64,000 bases of DNA from Glaucostegus cemiculus (taxonomy: Eukaryota): assembly GCA_976551045.1 (NCBI GenBank), contig CDPCPM010000009.1, positions 2,976,001-3,040,000 on the forward strand, written 5' to 3'. Under the pieces are notes generated by a model, which was not told the DNA's origin, searched no databases, and saw nothing but the letters and a program-made list of their open reading frames with translations. Numbering within the stretch: the first letter of the stretch is position 1; each line of letters opens with the position of its first letter. Shown piece by piece: positions 61,601-64,000 of this stretch. A program made the position numbers and the translations under genes.

Positions 61601-63478
61601 TTTTCCATTCAAAATGCTGGAACCACTCAAGTTTCAGAGTATTCCAGTGGCTCCGTGGATGATGTATCTACTGCAAGCCAACAGCAGTCAGGTTTACGAA
61701 AAACAGATGCCCATAAAGAAAGCACAAAGCGGGCAAGTGGTGGCCTTGCAAAGAGAGTGACCAATTTTGGGTCTCCACATCAAACAACAAAGGGAGTGAT
61801 TTCAAAAGTGTCACCAGGGGACAAGAAGACTGGTGTTGGATCACGTGACTTGAGATGCTTGAATACATCCATCACTGAGTCTGAAACAAGTGTGCTGGAA
61901 GAGGACACTGAATGCACAACTAGAAAGTTGCCCACCGAAGTTCTCCAAGAGGATGAAGAGTCTGAGCCTTCTGGCGTGAACGATGCTAATGCTACTGAAG
62001 TGAGCCGGCCAAAATTTTTGGATTGGTGCTCGGAAGATGAAAACCAGGAACTAATCACCACACTGAATGCCAAATATGAGAGTCTTCACAAAGCATGGAT
62101 TCAGCTGGAGAAGGAAGGGCCAGTGATTCAAAAAGCCAAATCCAAGACCGATCGGCTCAAGGAAATTTGGAAAAGCAGGAAGAGGGCGCGCAAAGTCAGA
62201 GGATTGTACGACCACAAAATATCTCCAGTGCAGAAACTCTTTGTGGCCAACTTCAACTTGGCCAACATCTGCAAGTGGTTCATGGAGACGACAGAGACCA
62301 AGTCTCTAGTGATCGTCAAGAACGTCAGCGCCAGGAATCCGCTGGAAGCCATGAAGGCCAAGACCTTCCTGCAGAAGAGCTCCATGGCTGGTCTCTTCCC
62401 CAGTCCGCAAGCTGAGCGGCTAAAGAAACACCTGAAAAAGTTCGCCATGGCCTCGCCTGCTCGAAACAACTCAAAGACCCGGGCGCTGCTAGATAGCGTG
62501 CGGAGGATGAGCTTGACGGGAGGGGAGCGAGCTAGGCAGCAGCAGGACTTACTGCCAGATGCTGGAGCTGGCCTGTCCCCCAGGGACCTCTTCCTGGTCA
62601 AAGGGCCAGATGGCCAAGAGGAAGGGGCTGGTCCCCCTTCAAGTAGGATGGCGCCACAACTCTCCAAACACTTGGGGCTGAAAAAACCCGTCAGCGCTTG
62701 GATCCTGAGGAAGTACTCTAACATGATGGGCAAACTCCACAAATTTCAGCACGGGAAAGAGCAAGCTGGGCGAAAGCACCCAGGCAAGCACAAGAGCGTT
62801 TGCATGAATCCCCTGGTCTCGCCCAAGCTGACCTCGCAGACTCAGTTAGACTCTCCCAGGGACCCTCTGCCTGCCGCCCTGAGGAGACACGAGCAGAACA
62901 AAGGGAAGCGGAAAGGACCCAGGGATGCTCCCATCAAGGAACCCCGCTTGGGGCGGGCAAAGACCTCCAAGTCCGAGGCCGTATCTCCCATACTTCCATC
63001 CAAGTCCACACCCAAGCCGTTCCCAGCTAGCCGGAAACCAAAAGCTGACGGCAGCTCCAGCAAGCCACCAGCTCCCAAGAAGGCCAGTGGTGGCGGAAAA
63101 TCCAGCGGTCTGCCCACGAAGACCTTCCTGAAAAGCACAGAGAAGAGGTCCACCAGTGCCGGACTGAAAATCGTTCCGAGGGCCAAGAACAGGTCCAGTA
63201 CTCGAGATGGGGTCAGAGGCACAAAGGTCAAGGCCAAGAAAAAGGGCAGCTTGGGCAAGGAGCGACAGACAAAACAGGCTCAGAGGAAAGCAGTGTCCCC
63301 AGCCAAGGCCAAACAGCGGGACAAGACAGGCACCAAAATTAGAAACAAGGCAGCCGCCCCAGCCAAGCACAGGCCAAAGTGTGACGTCTCATCAGAGGCT
63401 AAGCACAAAAAGAAACGAAAACTAAGTGAGAAGAGTGACCCAGTTCCCAACAAGCGCAAGCGGACAGATGCAAAATGA
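58642..63478 (+). CDS. LCOR: PALI1 (LCOR/C10orf12) alternative terminal exon with PRC2-interacting PIP region
   Basis: Acceptor ttttctctttgttttttgtag|, phase 2 (gg|t gac agc...), in frame with the 1603-aa ORF. Hallmark motifs: LDQFMAKLCRHHQKQF, CDIVYISKPITEC, KTARKSTRG, and PIP RPKFLDWC...WIQLEKEG...CKWFMETTETKSLVIVK...QAERLKKHLKKF (62006-62443). 1719 aa counted from the ATG at 7378. Confidence 0.95.
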
Positions 63479-63775
63479 CAAGTTTGCCCGAAGGACTCAC
63501 CGTAAATTATTGTGTCTTTAACAACGAAAGAGAAACAGTCGACCTCAGAAAGCATTAATTGTTGAAGCTGCTTTTATAGTCTCGAGGCGAGCCTTTGAAA
63601 TCGCGGAGGAAAGAACTCGACTGTGATCTTAATTTTATTTTTCTAAGCACGTAAGCAGATGTCTTGTAAAGAAAATACAGGGAGCTCCCCCCTCCTACCC
63701 CCCAACTGTGAATAGAGTTTTTATACTGTGCTATAAATGGTATTGTTTTCTTTTGCCTGTTTGATTTGATTTTCT

Positions 63776-63813
63776 TATATATATATATGTATGTGTATAC
63801 ATATATATATATA
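63776..63813. repeat. (TA)n/(TG) low-complexity tract in the PALI1 3'UTR
   Basis: tatatatatatatgtatgtgtatacatatatatatatatt. Confidence 0.85.
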
Positions 63814-64000
63814 TTAAAAAAATATTGGCCTGGCTTAGACTGATGAGAGCTGTAAACGCAAATTGAAAAGAACAGTGCCTTATTTAAATGATGAGAGGAG
63901 TGATCTTTTTGCGTGTGTGTTTCTGAGATTAAAGGCTTGCATTGACAATGGAGACTTGCTCTGTACTTGTTGCAACTCCACCTGGGGTTTATAGAAAGCT

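Noticed and set aside
58601-63555. Many antisense and alternative-frame ORFs (60-204 aa) over the PALI1 exon
   Set aside because: These are shadow ORFs expected from GC-rich coding sequence and have no recognisable domains.
1-64000. CRISPR arrays, operons, rRNA or prokaryotic defence systems
   Set aside because: The sequence is vertebrate intron/exon DNA, with no regularly spaced direct repeats or prokaryotic gene organisation.

Overview
This is eukaryotic genomic DNA from a cartilaginous fish, probably a batoid, judged from the repeat families (HE1/V-SINEs, HER1/CR1, Deu-domain SINEs, Rex1, RTE and Penelope-like remnants). No prokaryotic features are present. The window holds the 3' part of one + strand gene, LCOR (ligand-dependent corepressor). 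Three shared coding exons (2768-2900, 7328-7600, 17968-18067) splice to one of two alternative terminal exons: 29239-30199 (LCOR, pipsqueak HTH) or the 4.8-kb exon 58642-63478 (C10orf12-type, giving PALI1 with a PRC2-binding PIP region). All junctions are GT-AG and phase-compatible; the first coding exons lie upstream of the window. The introns are full of decayed, often nested, transposons. The ~14 kb after the LCOR stop is repeat-poor and looks like a very long 3'UTR. I found no clearly new system. The best leads are a hairpin, hidden splice donor and hydrophobic read-through tail at the LCOR stop; an in-frame exon flanked by inverted RTE copies (circRNA candidate); histone-mimic motifs in PALI1; decayed hammerhead ribozyme motifs in Penelope-derived repeats; and a promoter-like cluster in the 3'UTR. 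Homology statements come from recalled family sequences, not from a database search.
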